A stretch of DNA of 64,000 nt from assembly GCA_964632485.1 (NCBI GenBank), contig CAZWDO010000007.1, positions 1 through 64,000 of the forward strand. Direction: 5' to 3'. Below the pieces are notes generated by a model. The model did no database searches, had not been told where the DNA came from, and was given only the letters and a program-made list of their open reading frames with translations. Position 1 is the first letter of the stretch; the number at the start of each line of letters is the position of its first letter. This document shows positions 50,392-64,000 of the stretch, in pieces. The stretch is from an uncultured bacterium (lineage in GTDB: Bacteria > JAGOEH01). The position numbers were made by a program, and so were the translations under genes.

Positions 50392-51663
50392 TTGACAGAA
50401 GCCTATCTCAAATATGCCCAGCGCCAACAGGTGTCGCCAGAGGAATGGAATGACTGGCGCTGGCAATTGAAAAACCGAATCCACACGGTCGGGCAACTCA
50501 AGGAGCTGATACCTCTGACTGAAATGGAAGAAAAAGCAATTGCCGGAGCCCTTTCCACCCTACGTATGTCCATCACGCCCTACTATTTCAGTTTGATCAA
50601 CCCGGACAATCCCTACGATCCCATTCGAAAGCAGGCCATTCCCACGGCGGATGAACTCTATCGCAGTCCATCGGACCTTCATGATCCTCTGGCGGAAGAC
50701 GTGGACTCTCCCCTTCCCGGGCTGACCCACCGCTATCCCGACCGTGTATTATTGTTAGTGACCGATCAGTGTTCCATGTATTGCCGGCATTGTACCCGGC
50801 GAAGAAAAGCGGGAGAAACAGACCAGTCGCTGCCAATGGAAATAATCGAGAAGGCCATCGATTATATTCGTCATCATCCCGAAATCCGCGACGTTCTGCT
50901 TTCAGGAGGGGATCCTTTGGTGATGGCAACCGATCGATTGGAACAGATTATCCGGCAGATACGTGAAATTGAACACGTTGAAATCATTCGTATCGGTTCC
51001 CGAACTCCGGTCGTGATGCCTCAACGAATCACGGATGAACTGGTTACAATGCTCAGACGCTATCATCCGCTCTATATTAATACGCACTTTAATCATCCAC
51101 AGGAATTCACGATTGAATCCCGAACTGCCCTGAGTAAACTGGCCGATGCCGGCATCCCCCTGGGAAACCAATCCGTCCTGCTAAGAGGAATCAACGACCA
51201 ACCCGATATCATGAAAAACCTGGTACATCAACTACTCAAAAACCGTGTCAAACCCTATTATATTTATCAATGTGACTTGTCAGAAGGAATCAGCCATTTT
51301 CGCACTCCGATCAGTATTGGCATTCAAATCATCGAATCGCTGCGGGGGCATACTACCGGCATGGCAGTACCCACTTTTGTCGTCGATGCTCCGGGTGGCG
51401 GGGGGAAAATTCCAGTCATGCCCGACTATTTAATTTCACAGGGATACAACCGGGTAATCTTACGCAACTATGAGGGAGTGATTGTCGCTTACCCGGAGCC
51501 CATTCAATATTCGATCAATCCGGCAGAATATTGCGGGCAAATCGACCCCCTGCAAAAATCGCAAGACGGGATTATTTCACTGATGACGGGCAATGCCAAA
51601 GTGATTGAGCCTAAAGAACTCGCCCGGAATATCCGCCGCCGGGATTCATCTTCCACTGATTGA
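50392..51663 (+). CDS. kamA: lysine 2,3-aminomutase
   Basis: WNDWRWQ, LTHRYPDRV, CSMYCRHCTRRR, SGGDPL, NTHFNHP, DAPGGGGKIP, RNYEG. Likely TTG start at 50392 after AGGAGG. Confidence 0.96.
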   Translation: MTEAYLKYAQRQQVSPEEWNDWRWQLKNRIHTVGQLKELIPLTEMEEKAIAGALSTLRMSITPYYFSLINPDNPYDPIRKQAIPTADELYRSPSDLHDPLAEDVDSPLPGLTHRYPDRVLLLVTDQCSMYCRHCTRRRKAGETDQSLPMEIIEKAIDYIRHHPEIRDVLLSGGDPLVMATDRLEQIIRQIREIEHVEIIRIGSRTPVVMPQRITDELVTMLRRYHPLYINTHFNHPQEFTIESRTALSKLADAGIPLGNQSVLLRGINDQPDIMKNLVHQLLKNRVKPYYIYQCDLSEGISHFRTPISIGIQIIESLRGHTTGMAVPTFVVDAPGGGGKIPVMPDYLISQGYNRVILRNYEGVIVAYPEPIQYSINPAEYCGQIDPLQKSQDGIISLMTGNAKVIEPKELARNIRRRDSSSTD

Positions 51664-51669
51664 ACGATT

Positions 51670-52650
51670 GTGAAAACAACTACATTGGTCGGTTTGAGCA
51701 GGGATGCCGGAAAAACCAGCTATTTAAATTATTGGGTCGCGCAAAATCCCCAACTTAGTTACTGTTTGGCTGCCCTGGGAACTTCCCGCGTAAAAACCAT
51801 TGATAATCGGGCAATTTGCAAACCCCGCTGGCATATTCCTCGTGGCGCAATTTTTACGGCGCTCTCACTATCAGTAAAATCATTCACTGGCTTGCTCGAA
51901 GTAATCGCTGTGATTCAGCCGGATACCCCATTGGGTCCTGTTTGCCTATATCGAACCAAGGCCCGGCTTGAGGTCCAATCATCAGGACCCAACCACGCCG
52001 CTCCGTTGATAGAAGTCCACCGCATCGCTCGTGCTTGGGGTTGCCGGCATTTTATCATCGATAGCGCCTTGGACCGTAAAGCGCCATTGGATCTGGAGTT
52101 TATCGATGAAATGATCCTGGCGGTCGGAAACGACTCCCCGCAGGATACCTTTGCCGATATAAGCGCCCAAATCCGCTATTGGTCCCTCATCACTGCCTTA
52201 CCTCCACCGCCATTCCCCATCATGGCCACCCATTCCTCCCACCCGCAATCTTTTTCCAAAAATGGCAGGATCATCCGAACCTTTGATTTCCCTTTTTTAG
52301 GAAAAGAGCCCCTCATAATACGCCAACTGATCGAAGATAAAAGCCCCTATCTTTATTTACCCGCCAGTTTCACGCGCCAAAGCTGGGAAAAGATCAGCGC
52401 GCTTTATGAACACTGGAGGGGAAATTTTATTGTGCCAAGCGTATTTAAGATTCACTTATCCCTGCCGATACTCAACCGGCTTGATCAAAAAATCAATGTG
52501 ATTCACTCCATCTGTTTTGATAAACTGGTAGTGAATTCTTATTCCACCCAGGGCGCTCATCGCGATTGTCGCGAATGGCGCCATCGATTCCGTTCGGTTT
52601 TTCCTCAATTGAACACTATCGATATCAGTGAAATCACGAGCCGATCATGA
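51670..52650 (+). CDS. kamB: KamB-like protein (lysine 5,6-aminomutase reactivase subunit)
   Basis: P-loop-like GLSRDAGKTS, TPLGPV, IIDSALDRK; located between kamA and a MutS-like gene. Confidence 0.72.
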   Translation: MKTTTLVGLSRDAGKTSYLNYWVAQNPQLSYCLAALGTSRVKTIDNRAICKPRWHIPRGAIFTALSLSVKSFTGLLEVIAVIQPDTPLGPVCLYRTKARLEVQSSGPNHAAPLIEVHRIARAWGCRHFIIDSALDRKAPLDLEFIDEMILAVGNDSPQDTFADISAQIRYWSLITALPPPPFPIMATHSSHPQSFSKNGRIIRTFDFPFLGKEPLIIRQLIEDKSPYLYLPASFTRQSWEKISALYEHWRGNFIVPSVFKIHLSLPILNRLDQKINVIHSICFDKLVVNSYSTQGAHRDCREWRHRFRSVFPQLNTIDISEITSRS

Positions 52651-54284
52651 ATACAAAAACTGCTGGGTTTATCCCTCTGGATATAAAAAATATTTTGGCC
52701 AATTTGCGCTTTTCAACCCCTTTTTGCTCTCAAATGGAACGTAATCCCCCTCTTTTTAACCGACAGCAGCAGAATGAATGCCAGCTTCATTATCAGTTGC
52801 TTGGAGAATGCTTGCTTCATTTCGGGAAACATCCTGATAAACTGATCAGAATCCGTTCGTTGCTTTCCCATTTTGAGATGCTTTCTTTTCTGGATCGTTT
52901 AGCGACGGAACCGGTTCAACCGCTTACCATTGAACAGTTCTTTCTTCTAAAAAAATTTCTTTTATTATGGTTTGAATTGATACCCATGGTAACGGCAACC
53001 CCTTTGCCCCCCTTGCCCCGATTAGAAAAAGCCGTTGAGTATTATCAAATGCTCGACCCGGACGTTGAAAAAAAACCTACCTTCGCCTTTACCGGCAAAC
53101 ACACTCCCCGATTATCCATACTCTGTGAAGAACTGCGCGATATACAACAACACCTGGAGGAAACAGAAGCAGCGTATTGGGGGGAGCTTAAGGCTCGCTG
53201 GCAGATTCCGATAGGCTGCGAACGAATTAGTCTCTCCAAACTCCATGATGGAGAAGCTATTGAAAAATGGCTTAAGAGTGACGAGTTTTATATAATTGAA
53301 GAAAACTATGCGAATATCATCTTTGCCCCCCGGCGGCCGCCAGAAGCGCTTGAACTTGATAGACAGCAAAACTTAATCTTGCGGCAAATCTCAGATGAAG
53401 AAGAAAATGTCGCCCGGAATCTGACAACTATGCTTATAAAAAATTGTGATTTCCTTTTTACCATCATTTCCCATCTGGCGCAAATTGATCGATTGCTCAC
53501 GTTTGTAACATACGGTTTGGAAACCCAATCTGCCATCCCCCAATTGAACAATGAAACCATCCGCATAAAAGCGGGACAGTTTATTTTTACAGCTCGCCAG
53601 TTAGATAGTGAAGGAATTCAGTATCAACCGCTGACGATCGAACTGGATCAGCCGGCTAACATATTAACAGGTATGAATATGGGAGGGAAATCCATTCTAT
53701 TGCGCAGCCTCGGGTTTCTCTGTTATCATTTAAAATTGGGATTGCCAGTGCCGGCGGAATCCTTTTGCGGCCCTTTATTTGATGAAATATTTTATCTGGG
53801 AGAAGAGACCCGTTTGTCGAGCCATACTCTCAGCTCTTATAGCCGCGAAATTGAGATTCTGATTGATTGCTTAAACCGACCCGGCTTGCATCTGTTTTTG
53901 ATCGACGAATTATCGCGTGGCAGCAATCCGTCGGAAGCCGTTGCCCTGAATACCGCCTTAATGGACGAATTGCAGCAATCCGGGCACTGGTTTGCGCTGG
54001 CGACTCATTTCGATATCCCCCGCTATTCCCCTTTTTGGCAATTCTGGCAAATGCGCGGACTGGAAGAGATTCCGGATAATTTCTGGAATAACCTGCAATC
54101 ACTAGCGGTTCGGGATCGCTTGCAACAACTTCAATCCCACCTATCCTATCAGGCGCGCAAAATTGAAGCGCAAACCCCTATTCCGCTGGAAGCCTTACAT
54201 ATAGCCGAAATTTTGGGTTTACCCCCAACCATTTGTAAAAAAGCAAAAGAATTATTAAACAATCCCATTATCAAACCCCAATAA
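52647..54284 (+). CDS. kamC: KamC-like MutS-family ATPase (reactivase subunit)
   Basis: TGMNMGGKS, LSSYSREI, IDELSRGSNPSE, ATHF, EALHIAEILGLP; lacks MutS mismatch-recognition domains. Confidence 0.8.
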   Translation: MNTKTAGFIPLDIKNILANLRFSTPFCSQMERNPPLFNRQQQNECQLHYQLLGECLLHFGKHPDKLIRIRSLLSHFEMLSFLDRLATEPVQPLTIEQFFLLKKFLLLWFELIPMVTATPLPPLPRLEKAVEYYQMLDPDVEKKPTFAFTGKHTPRLSILCEELRDIQQHLEETEAAYWGELKARWQIPIGCERISLSKLHDGEAIEKWLKSDEFYIIEENYANIIFAPRRPPEALELDRQQNLILRQISDEEENVARNLTTMLIKNCDFLFTIISHLAQIDRLLTFVTYGLETQSAIPQLNNETIRIKAGQFIFTARQLDSEGIQYQPLTIELDQPANILTGMNMGGKSILLRSLGFLCYHLKLGLPVPAESFCGPLFDEIFYLGEETRLSSHTLSSYSREIEILIDCLNRPGLHLFLIDELSRGSNPSEAVALNTALMDELQQSGHWFALATHFDIPRYSPFWQFWQMRGLEEIPDNFWNNLQSLAVRDRLQQLQSHLSYQARKIEAQTPIPLEALHIAEILGLPPTICKKAKELLNNPIIKPQ

Positions 54285-54289
54285 AAAAT

Positions 54290-54997
54290 ATGGTTCATTT
54301 CCCCCGATATTTCCGTTCTCCCCCACCCTATATGAAATGGCTGATAGTGTTAGGTAAGCTAATAGTATATGCGCACATCATGTTGCTTATCTACGGTTTA
54401 TTGGGCGCGCTGTTTCTAAAGATTTTCAATCCTCCCATTCACTCGCTTGGCATTTATCGCTGGATAACACGAGGATATTTGTTTCATACTGAAAATTTTA
54501 TACCCATCAGTCGGATATCGCCATTATTACCTCAGGCAATTGTTACCGTTGAAGACGCAAAATTCTTTGAACATATAGGCATTGACTTTGAAGCGGTAAA
54601 AAAGGCCTGGAAAATCAATCTGAAAAAGAAGCGCAACGCTTTTGGCGGCAGCACAATCACCCAACAATTGGCGCGAACCATGATGCTAATGCCGCAGAAA
54701 TGGTGGATTCGAAAATATGCCGAGTTGTATATCTCCCTGGAATTCGAATTGATTCTCAGCAAAGATCGCATGCTTGAATTATATTATAACTATGTGGAGT
54801 GGGGTCCAGGAATTTACGGCGCTCCTGCCGGCGCTCTCTATCATTATAAAAAAGCCCTTCAAAAACTCAAACGCGATGAGATCATTCGCCTGGTCGTTAT
54901 CCTGGCTAATCCCTTGAAATATACACCCGCAAATTTTGCTCAATCCCGTCAGATGCGTGTCCGCTATCGATATTTACAACGATATTTACCAAAATAA
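54290..54997 (+). CDS. mtgA: monofunctional peptidoglycan transglycosylase (GT51)
   Basis: VEDAKFFEHIGID, GGSTITQQLA, RKYAE, KDRMLELYYNYVEWG. Confidence 0.92.
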   Translation: MVHFPRYFRSPPPYMKWLIVLGKLIVYAHIMLLIYGLLGALFLKIFNPPIHSLGIYRWITRGYLFHTENFIPISRISPLLPQAIVTVEDAKFFEHIGIDFEAVKKAWKINLKKKRNAFGGSTITQQLARTMMLMPQKWWIRKYAELYISLEFELILSKDRMLELYYNYVEWGPGIYGAPAGALYHYKKALQKLKRDEIIRLVVILANPLKYTPANFAQSRQMRVRYRYLQRYLPK

Positions 54998-55072
54998 CGC
55001 TACTGATTCTATAATACTGATCGCTAAAGCAACAATCCTGAAATTACATAATATAATGATAGTAGAGTGGGT

Positions 55073-55156
55073 TGCCGAAGGTGGGACTCGAACCCACATG
55101 AGTTTAACCTCGCAGGATTTTGAGTCCTGTGCGTCTGCCAGTTTCGCCACTTCGGC
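55073..55156 (-). tRNA. tRNA-Leu(CAA)
   Basis: GCCGAAG acceptor stem, anticodon arm CAGGA-CTCAAAA-TCCTG, long variable arm, GTTCGAGTC; CCA not encoded. Confidence 0.96.
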
Positions 55157-55168
55157 TGGGTGATAATA

Positions 55169-55249
55169 AATATAAGCAAATTTTATGGAAATGTCAAGCG
55201 AAAAAATAAAAAAAGATGACTTGACAAATTTTCAGATTTTTATTATTAT
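55169..55249. promoter_or_regulatory. back-to-back sigma70 promoters for tRNA-Leu (minus) and the ilv operon (plus)
   Basis: Minus TTGACA (55197-55192)-N17-TATATT (55174-55169); plus TTGACA (55221-55226)-N17-TATTAT (55244-55249). Confidence 0.75.
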
Positions 55250-55277
55250 GGGAAAAACCATTAGCAAGGAAAGAACC

Positions 55278-56954
55278 ATGAAACTAAAAGGCGCGCGAAT
55301 TATCGTGGAATGTTTAAAACGCGAGGGAGTCGACACGATATTCGGCTATCCAGGGGGACAGGTGATTCCTTTTTTTGATGATTTTTATCAATATGGAGAA
55401 GGAATACAATTAATTATTCCCCGACATGAGCAAGGGGGGGCCCACGCGGCAGATGGTTATTCACGCGCTACCGGGAAAACCGGAGTTGTTATTGCGACTT
55501 CCGGCCCAGGCGCAACAAATACAGTAACCGGCATAGCGACCGCATATATGGATTCAATTCCCATGGTTATAATCACCGGCCAGGTTCCCTGCAACGCCAT
55601 CGGTACGGATGCGTTTCAGGAAGCGGATATTACCGGGATCACTCTGCCCATAACCAAGGCAAGTTTTTTGGTGTACCATGTCGAGGAATTGGCGGAAACC
55701 ATGAAAATGGCGTTTTACATTGCCCGTAACGGCCGACCCGGTCCCGTGCTCGTTGATATTCCCTCGGACATTCAAAAGAGTGAGGGACAATTCCACTATC
55801 CAGAAAAAATTGAGTTATCCAAGTATTCACCGAAAGAACATGAACATCCCCGGCAGATTAAGAATGTGATTCAACTGCTCGCCAATGCCACCAAACCGCT
55901 GATATTAGCTGGTGGTGGCGTTATCTATTCTGATAGCGCCGAATTGTTGAACAATTTTGCCGACCGCTACAACGTTCCAGTCACCCATACTATGATGGGG
56001 TTGGGCGTTTATCCCTCCAAAGAATCTCTCTATATGGGCGGAGTCGGGATGCATGGCGCGGTGTATGCCAATTATGCCGTGCAGAATTGCGACCTGCTGA
56101 TCGCGCTGGGGGTTCGCTTTAGTGATCGCATTGTCGGAAGTATTAAGACTTTCGCGCCAAAAGCCCGTATCGTGCATGTCGATATTGATGCGGCGGAAAT
56201 CGGAAAAAATGTTCGATCCCATTATCCGATCATCGTTAATGTCAAACAGTTTCTAACGGAAATTTTGAGTTTGGAAGCCCCGGCAACTGACTATTCTGCC
56301 TGGCTTGAAGAATTAAGTTTGCAAAAAAAAGAACGCCCCTTATGCTATCATAATGATGGCTCTCTAAAACCCCAATATCTGTTGGAGCTGATCAACCAGT
56401 ACTTTCCGCAGGACCGCATTGTGGTCACCGATGTAGGCCAAAATCAGATTTGGTCATCCCAATTCATAAAAGTGACTCACCCTCGTTCCTTCCTGACATC
56501 CGGCGGCTTAGGAACCATGGGATTTGCCCTGCCGGCGGCGATCGGCGCCCAAATCGGCTTGCCGGGACGCCCGGTGATTGCTATCGCCGGGGATGGTGGA
56601 TTCCAGATGAATATTCAGGAACTGATGACTATCCGCCGTTATCGACTGCCCATAAAAATTTTAGTACTGGATAATACGTACCTCGGCATGGTCCGTCAAT
56701 GGCAACAATTATTTTGCGACAAACGCTATTCTGGTACTTGCATGCAGGATAACCCGGACTTTGCAAAGATAGCCGATGCCATTGGTATTCATTCCGCCAC
56801 GATCAACACGGTCGAAGAAGCCGAATCGATCATGCGGGAATTTGCCCACTACCCATCCGCCATGCTGGTTCATGCTCATATCAATCCCGAAGAAAATGTG
56901 CTGCCAATGGTTCCTTCAGGAGCATCACTTTCCCATCCATTAACCGAATTATAA
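55278..56954 (+). CDS. ilvB: acetolactate synthase large subunit
   Basis: FGYPGG, RHEQGGAHAADGY, TSGPGATN, DAFQE, GGLGTMG, GDGGFQMN...N. Start at MKLKG (55278) after AAGGA. Confidence 0.97.
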   Translation: MKLKGARIIVECLKREGVDTIFGYPGGQVIPFFDDFYQYGEGIQLIIPRHEQGGAHAADGYSRATGKTGVVIATSGPGATNTVTGIATAYMDSIPMVIITGQVPCNAIGTDAFQEADITGITLPITKASFLVYHVEELAETMKMAFYIARNGRPGPVLVDIPSDIQKSEGQFHYPEKIELSKYSPKEHEHPRQIKNVIQLLANATKPLILAGGGVIYSDSAELLNNFADRYNVPVTHTMMGLGVYPSKESLYMGGVGMHGAVYANYAVQNCDLLIALGVRFSDRIVGSIKTFAPKARIVHVDIDAAEIGKNVRSHYPIIVNVKQFLTEILSLEAPATDYSAWLEELSLQKKERPLCYHNDGSLKPQYLLELINQYFPQDRIVVTDVGQNQIWSSQFIKVTHPRSFLTSGGLGTMGFALPAAIGAQIGLPGRPVIAIAGDGGFQMNIQELMTIRRYRLPIKILVLDNTYLGMVRQWQQLFCDKRYSGTCMQDNPDFAKIADAIGIHSATINTVEEAESIMREFAHYPSAMLVHAHINPEENVLPMVPSGASLSHPLTEL

Positions 56955-56966
56955 AAGGGCGGACCT

Positions 56967-57512
56967 ATGAATAAAGCAAATCCAGTCTCCAAGCATATTG
57001 TTTCCGTATTAGTCTGGAATAAACCGGGCGTGCTGATGCGTATTACCGCGCTTCTTAAACGGCGGGGCTTCAATATCGAAAGTATCAGCGCCGGCAAATG
57101 GGTTGATCCACGCCTGACCCGCATCATTATTGCTGTTATCGGTGACGAACAGATACTGGAACAGGTTGAACGGCAGATGTACAAGGTCATCGATACAGTT
57201 CATGTCGCTCCCATAAACCCCAATATGAATGTGGAACGGGAAATGGCATTAATCAAGATCAAGCCGGTAAGCATGAGTAAAGCGGAGATTGCCCAGATTG
57301 TTGAAATTTTTCGGGGCAAAATCGTGGACGCTAACCGCGAAGGTTTCATTGTAGAAATTACCGGACAAGTCGGGAAAATTGACGCTTTTATTAACATGCT
57401 GGGCGTAAATGATTTAATTGATATAACCCGGACAGGCAGCATTGCTATGAATCGCTGGTCGGCGCCGGATAATCACACAAATGATTTTATTACCGGCGAA
57501 GTTTCGGAATAA
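56967..57512 (+). CDS. ilvN: acetolactate synthase small regulatory subunit
   Basis: NKPGVLMRI...[20 protein letters not shown]. Confidence 0.95.
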   Translation: MNKANPVSKHIVSVLVWNKPGVLMRITALLKRRGFNIESISAGKWVDPRLTRIIIAVIGDEQILEQVERQMYKVIDTVHVAPINPNMNVEREMALIKIKPVSMSKAEIAQIVEIFRGKIVDANREGFIVEITGQVGKIDAFINMLGVNDLIDITRTGSIAMNRWSAPDNHTNDFITGEVSE

Positions 57513-57522
57513 AGGAGTATCC

Positions 57523-60214
<2,692 letters not shown>

Positions 60215-60702
60215 ATGATGGAATTTCAATTTAGAACTCACCTCCTGCCCACCGATGCCCAATCGGTGGGCAACCTGGTTGCGGCTACCCGCTTTTTTAA
60301 TGAAGAAGAAATTNNNNNNNNNNGGTAGAACTGGTTCAGGAAACTCTTGATCAGGGAGAGAGATCAAGCGGATATAGCTTTATTTTCGCCGAAAATGACA
60401 ACACCTTGGCGGGGTATGCCTGCTATGGACCCACTCCCTATACTCAAAAAAGTTATGATCTCTATTGGATCGCCGTGGATCCAAAATTTCAAAACCAGGG
60501 TTTAGGAAAAATACTCCTGCAAAAATCTGAAGAGGAATTAATTAAATTGGGCGCCGGCCAGGTATTTATAGAAACCGCCGGACGCCCCTTATACGAACCG
60601 ACGCGAACTTTTTATCTCCGTAACGGGTATCTTCTCGTCGGCCAACTCCCCGACTTCTATAGCCCGGGAGATAGCAAACACATCTTTTATAAAAAATTAT
60701 AA
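60215..60702 (+). CDS. GNAT-family acetyltransferase, spanning an assembly gap
   Basis: MMEFQFR...FFNEEEI-[N gap]-VELVQE...GYACYGPTP...LYWIAV...QNQGLGK...FYLRNGY. Confidence 0.85.
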
Positions 60703-61449
60703 TCGATCAATCTTATTTTGAATGCGGGATTGTTCCGATGAACTATTTAAAATTTTTTGATAAATGACCAATGCTTCCGGTTTTCTCTCCAGCTTAACCA
60801 ATAAATCCGCCTTCATTTCATAATATTCCTCAGGGATTTCTTCCTCATTATCTTCTTTATTTTTTCCCAATAGAGCAATGGCACGATCAATCGATATCAA
60901 ACCCTGTTCAAACTCCCCGAGTTGATATAAGTTTTTTGCCTGCCAAAGATAGGCATCTGTATGGTTCTCATTGGTCTCAATCGCTTTTTTCAAGGCTTCC
61001 CCAGCCTGCGTGTAATCCCCTTTTTCGTAATAAGCTTCTCCCTTATGCCGGAAGGGACATGACCACTTGGGGTTAGTTTCATTAAGCTGCTGATAAATTG
61101 AAATAGCTTGATCATATTCCTGGATGTTCAGGTAGAGATTGGCCAATAGGAATTTATCTTTAGCTTTCATGGATTGCAGATGGGATTCGGCTAATTTCAG
61201 CAACTCAACGGAGTACAAATAATAAATATAACTTTGCATGCTCAATGCGCGCCCGGATTCTTCGGGCAGGGAACGCGCTAATTCTTGCCATGCAGCGATA
61301 GAAATTTGAAAATTTTCCGCCGACGGGGTTTCTTTGAATACCTTATATTTTTCGTTGGCAGCGGCCGATAAATCCTCATTTTTTTGAGCATAACTCCAGG
61401 TTGTCACTATGAAAACCAGTATCAACATCAATCGAAAAGATAAACGCAT
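60697..61449 (-). CDS. exported tetratricopeptide-repeat protein
   Basis: Signal peptide from ATG 61449 (after AAGGAG); TPR units (LANLY...YDQAISIYQQL, KGEAYYEKGDYTQA). Confidence 0.85.
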   Translation of the reverse strand: MRLSFRLMLILVFIVTTWSYAQKNEDLSAAANEKYKVFKETPSAENFQISIAAWQELARSLPEESGRALSMQSYIYYLYSVELLKLAESHLQSMKAKDKFLLANLYLNIQEYDQAISIYQQLNETNPKWSCPFRHKGEAYYEKGDYTQAGEALKKAIETNENHTDAYLWQAKNLYQLGEFEQGLISIDRAIALLGKNKEDNEEEIPEEYYEMKADLLVKLERKPEALVIYQKILNSSSEQSRIQNKIDRL

Positions 61450-61618
61450 AGAAGCTCCTTTCAGTTTTTTAAAAAAAATCATTTTTTTATTAAACTACCA
61501 TTGATTTTTTTTGTTTCCTTTTTTATATTATAATATTCAAAAAAGTTACCGGAACTTTTTACACAGTCAGATGTTTATAATTATTAAGTATAACCCATAG
61601 CAATAAAAGGAGTCAAGA

Positions 61619-62528
61619 ATGCTCAAATCTCATTTGAAGACAACTTGGATTTTGGTTGTTTTCAGTTTAACCGTATTATTAATCAGCCCGGCTGAGGCCT
61701 GGTGGATTTTCGGCGGGAAACAGAAAGCCGGTTCGGTAACCATTCTGCACACAAATGATTCCCACGCTCAAATTCAGGGTTGTGGATGTCGTCACGCAGG
61801 TGGCGGTTTAATCAAACGCGCTTACAAAGTCAAAAATATCCGTGATTCACTCAGTGAAATCGCTATTTTAGATGCTGGCAATATCCTTTTTGGAGATGGA
61901 ATATCTGACATGTCGTTTGGCCGTTTTATGGTCGATGCGCTAAATCTCATGCAATATAATGCGATCAACATAACTCCCTACGAATTCAAATATGGGACCG
62001 ATACGCTTTTAAACTTACAAAAACTGGCCAAATTCCCATTCATTTCTGCCAATGTTTGCGATAAAAATACAAGCAAACCCTTATTTCAACCATACACAAT
62101 CCTTACGGTCGCCGGGCTCAAAATCGGGGTTATCGGAATTTCCCATCCATCGACCCTTACCGCCATTCCTGAAGCCGCTAATTACATCACCATCCTGCCG
62201 ATCGGCGACGTCTTACCGGGCCTGGTAAAAAAAATACGGAATGATGTGGATATTCTGGTAGTGCTCAGCTACAGCGGCTGGGAGAATGATCGCTCCCTCG
62301 CATCCGATTTCACTGGAATTGACCTGATCCTGGGGGGTTACACTAACGGCAGGGCNNNNNNNNNNACAGGCATTCCGCGATGGAAAATATCTGGGTCTCG
62401 TCTCTATCACCAAATCCGATCAAGATACAATTCCTCTTGAAAGCAGTGGCGCCTTGGTCTCTATGGAGAAAGATGACATGGATGACGAATCTATGCGTGA
62501 ATTAATCGCTAATTACAGGAAAAAATAG
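61619..62528 (+). CDS. UshA/5'-nucleotidase N-terminal-like metallophosphoesterase with degenerate ligands, spanning an assembly gap
   Basis: TILHTNDSH, GCGC, LDAGN, FPFISANV, KIGVIGI, IDLILGG; after the gap the frame continues QAFRDGKYLG...LIANYRKK* to 62528. Confidence 0.8.
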
Positions 62529-62549
62529 CTATAAAAACGGGGCAAAACG

Positions 62550-64000
<1,451 letters not shown>

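Noticed and set aside
52647-54284. MutS DNA mismatch-repair gene
   Set aside because: Only the ATPase region is MutS-like, and the kamA-kamB context indicates KamC.
60314-62365. Apparent frameshifts in the GNAT and UshA-like genes
   Set aside because: Both coincide with 10-N placeholder gaps, so they are assembly artefacts.

Overview
A 64-kb bacterial chromosomal window, probably from a metagenome-assembled scaffold (two 10-N gaps, at 60314-60323 and 62356-62365). The organism is Gram-negative and probably an anaerobic, protein/amino-acid-fermenting member of the FCB superphylum (Calditrichota/KSB1/Marinimicrobia-like); this is inferred from TonB receptors, a PorV-like barrel and T9SS-type C-terminal domains. 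In order, the window holds: a GAF-GGDEF diguanylate cyclase; a B12-binding radical SAM gene; a coupled carboxyltransferase / biotin carrier / PHP-ACT-ACT operon; a ~2000-aa surface protein interrupted by one in-frame TAA; a sigma54 two-component system with a MacAB-like exporter and visible enhancer and -24/-12 sites; an AT-rich type III restriction-modification insert in res-mod order; two adjacent TonB-receptor loci (TBDR + CTD cargo + PorV-like barrel, and OMP + FGE-fold lipoprotein + TBDR + DUF4876 + barrel + tricorn protease); nfeD-SPFH; gap-pgk-tpiA-secG-tRNA-Leu; a lysine fermentation cluster (kdd-kamA-kamB-kamC, without kamDE); mtgA; a second tRNA-Leu; ilvBN-ilvD-ilvC; GNAT and TPR genes; a degenerate UshA-like protein; and the 5' part of ahcY. 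The best candidates for undescribed biology are the PHP phosphatase with SerA-type serine-binding ACT domains, the TBDR/CTD-cargo/PorV-like triad with its structured leader, and the tricorn-linked uptake locus. All calls come from reading motifs by eye; no database searches were run.
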